DNA of 62,866 bases, filler included. It is 5 parts of 5 records of this genome, joined end to end, with 100 filler letters (N's around TTAATTAATTAA, not from the genome) between each part and the next. Parts side by side here need not be neighbours in the genome. Positions count along the whole stretch, not along the records: positions 59,039 to 62,866 come from SRR20825015_213; 4 more parts are not named here. The stretch is one strand, 5' to 3'. The notes under the pieces are model-generated. The model was not told where the DNA came from. It made no database searches and saw only the letters and a list, made by a program, of their open reading frames with translations. Both the position numbers and the translations under genes were made by a program. Shown piece by piece: positions 62,001-62,866 of this stretch (positions are counted from its first letter, which is position 1; each line of letters begins with the position of its first letter).

Positions 62001-62658
62001 TTTGCCGAGAAAAAGTTCTGTGGTAAATCGAGTTGATGGAGATCGAGGGTGTCGCGATGGAGAGGGTCTTCAGTATAGCCGACGGTCGGACATGGTCTGG
62101 TGCATCCTCAATGCACGTCGAGGGAAGAAAGTTGTGAAGACGGACGCTGTAAGCTGTTCCCACGTGCGGAACCTACCGAGCGCACACACAGAGCTCGGCG
62201 ACTTTTTCAAGGCCGGCAATCGAGAGAGCAACCCGAATTGTGGACTGATGAAAGACGTTTTGGCTGACTGCGTTGGATTTGCGATGTACACAACATTACA
62301 AACCGTTGACAATGGGCATGACGAAGAAGATGAGCTGAAAATGTTTGTGCGGCAGCTGAAATCGAGGGTGTTGTCAATATGTTCTAATTGGCACAGAATT
62401 CACGGCTCCGTGTGTGCCATCCTAAACAAACTTCAATCTCTCCAATCAACGCGCGAGGCGTCACCGTCGACGCCTTTCGACTCACCAGTGTCAGACCTTC
62501 AGTACCACGTGACCTGCTTGCAGCGATCACTCCTGGAAGAGAACAGACGCCTCGACACAATCGTGCGGCAGGTCTTCGATGACAGTGAGAGGAAAAAGCA
62601 CATCGAAGTCTCTGCCAGTAGGTTCTTCAAGTGCGCCCGCGAAATTTCGAGAGAGTAA
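59041..62658 (+). CDS. NAD-dependent nucleotide-sugar epimerase / GT2 glycosyltransferase multidomain fusion, 5' truncated
   Basis: Frame open to contig edge; RPFSVYGPDGRPDMA...SRDMTFIKDAVE...YNVGTG (epimerase C-half); VVIATKER...GASGAWNTG...AILDDDDEW...GGFDESLQSSTDRDL (GT-A); second VWILDDDKRL acidic motif. Confidence 0.8.
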   Translation, partial: GAGAGAGAGDGDGDGCGQKVTYRPTISVIRPFSVYGPDGRPDMAAMRFSRACVSGRAPVVFGDGNVSRDMTFIKDAVECIMAVVDRNVNDLDDCHSVYNVGTGQVVTINRLASLAIKLSTGSSLDGRLEVDDDPTAAAAATTLPLAATPTRQAGREMGEPSHVEYAEGNSSDLSATEADIRKLEKLCSVPSTTVEEGLRQTVEWCRERIDEEKSDVAVVIATKERDELLVNRALSSVATQKKLPPLLVIVEDVKGELSTSTREAVDKWVRCVYMDGSTVTTRIESADKRVEWKNQRGRTVRLITNSRTPGASGAWNTGIHDAMDWRMSRMMCLSGSHSPRLDRLFVAILDDDDEWEQDHLSKCFDAVMREQTDMAVSGIVRYECIVSDDGITGETPDENPPSANGYSATKQSVPALSDLTVSNFLTGNPHVQGSNMFISLEVFLRCGGFDESLQSSTDRDLMIRLLSMGTTAISVVNSHTVRHYAERHRTRLSNKSPQKSAAIAKFYDKYRNFMTEEERRQFCSRTNRLFGCELSNVGETDVGDTWREKGYAFDLVPMSCGLEPTSTTSMTACETRSSSSSSSQNERGSGMKMPSQKCVNLRVGITSDSNSNSVSNLLSELHRLIGACGHLWHAKVYVLENGPSTSLSSPSPLEDTCNFAAGAGLHVHFVSLIEQQKLLSRHTSMTESSHAQKKWLRVLDLHSPAPADELCARSLGDKMASAVERIMRCRRSIAETRSFLQAYIHDQIEESKHTQSNSGPKPASLHDLVWILDDDKRLETLIVDVDDGSLAQCQSICPFSAAISIRKETQADVIIGGDSVCAPLPPLYTLRTQLVDIWHHLCHAQLLYPPFVGSGYGKHDQLHRDYYHDMGARTDHLETFMSYLALAGSTRSLEHVAPDSLPSTPTVDGKVNTKDSGAKSLCRALVGGMVLPRIAIGVEVTRPLFVPSGVLTKGSLRGCSQQSFQRGGNTFILDPDCLRDVPNLAMDLPRKSSVVNRVDGDRGCRDGEGLQYSRRSDMVWCILNARRGKKVVKTDAVSCSHVRNLPSAHTELGDFFKAGNRESNPNCGLMKDVLADCVGFAMYTTLQTVDNGHDEEDELKMFVRQLKSRVLSICSNWHRIHGSVCAILNKLQSLQSTREASPSTPFDSPVSDLQYHVTCLQRSLLEENRRLDTIVRQVFDDSERKKHIEVSASRFFKCAREISRE

Positions 62659-62866
62659 CAATTTAGAAATCAATGTGATGCTCGTCTGATGACGAAGTAG
62701 GTTTAGGAGTGTGTCACAACAATAAATAAGACAGTTCATAATAAGGCGTCGTATAAATAATGTATAATGAACAAAACAGTTCACACACATAAACAGACAA
62801 GCAGTCGAATCATCACCACGAGGGTCGTGATTAGTTCTCCGGGACGTGGATGGCGATACGTAGATC

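Overview
The window joins five unrelated contigs with 100-nt artificial linkers (N-run, TTAATTAATTAA, N-run). (1) 1-29806: AT-rich Bacteroidota (Flavobacteriales-like) chromosome carrying a sigma54 two-component pair, a gdh-pnt operon, regulators, tRNA-Val, anmK-gdh-nhaD-exbBD-tonB-folC and an acyl-CoA dehydrogenase. (2) 29907-38615: interior of one very large spliced eukaryotic gene built of Ig-like repeats, with at least 12 phase-1 introns at the same repeat position. (3) 38716-56048: Flavobacteriaceae-like contig (susC/susD, TPR plus outer-membrane barrel, lemA, ftsE, ppgK, typA, kdsA). (4) 56149-58938: GC-rich alphaproteobacterial sugar-catabolism fragment. (5) 59039-62866: probably eukaryotic epimerase-glycosyltransferase fusion ORF. 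The standout is the apparently intergenic stretch 2724-3311. It holds a palindromic operator candidate and a tandem array of five structured RNAs that share one bulged helix (GGU-bulged C-AA paired with RA-bulge-UU-ACC, topped by UUACU), resembling the Ro60-binding helix of Y RNAs. One unit is a complete 73-nt tRNA cloverleaf (anticodon UCU) with this helix inserted as a 116-nt extra arm between positions 26 and 27; another has the permuted T-arm/closed-acceptor layout of YrlA. The array sits directly upstream of a 747-aa Zn-finger/helical/TerD-domain protein, a candidate Ro/TROVE-like partner. All structures were paired by hand; no folding software or database search was run.
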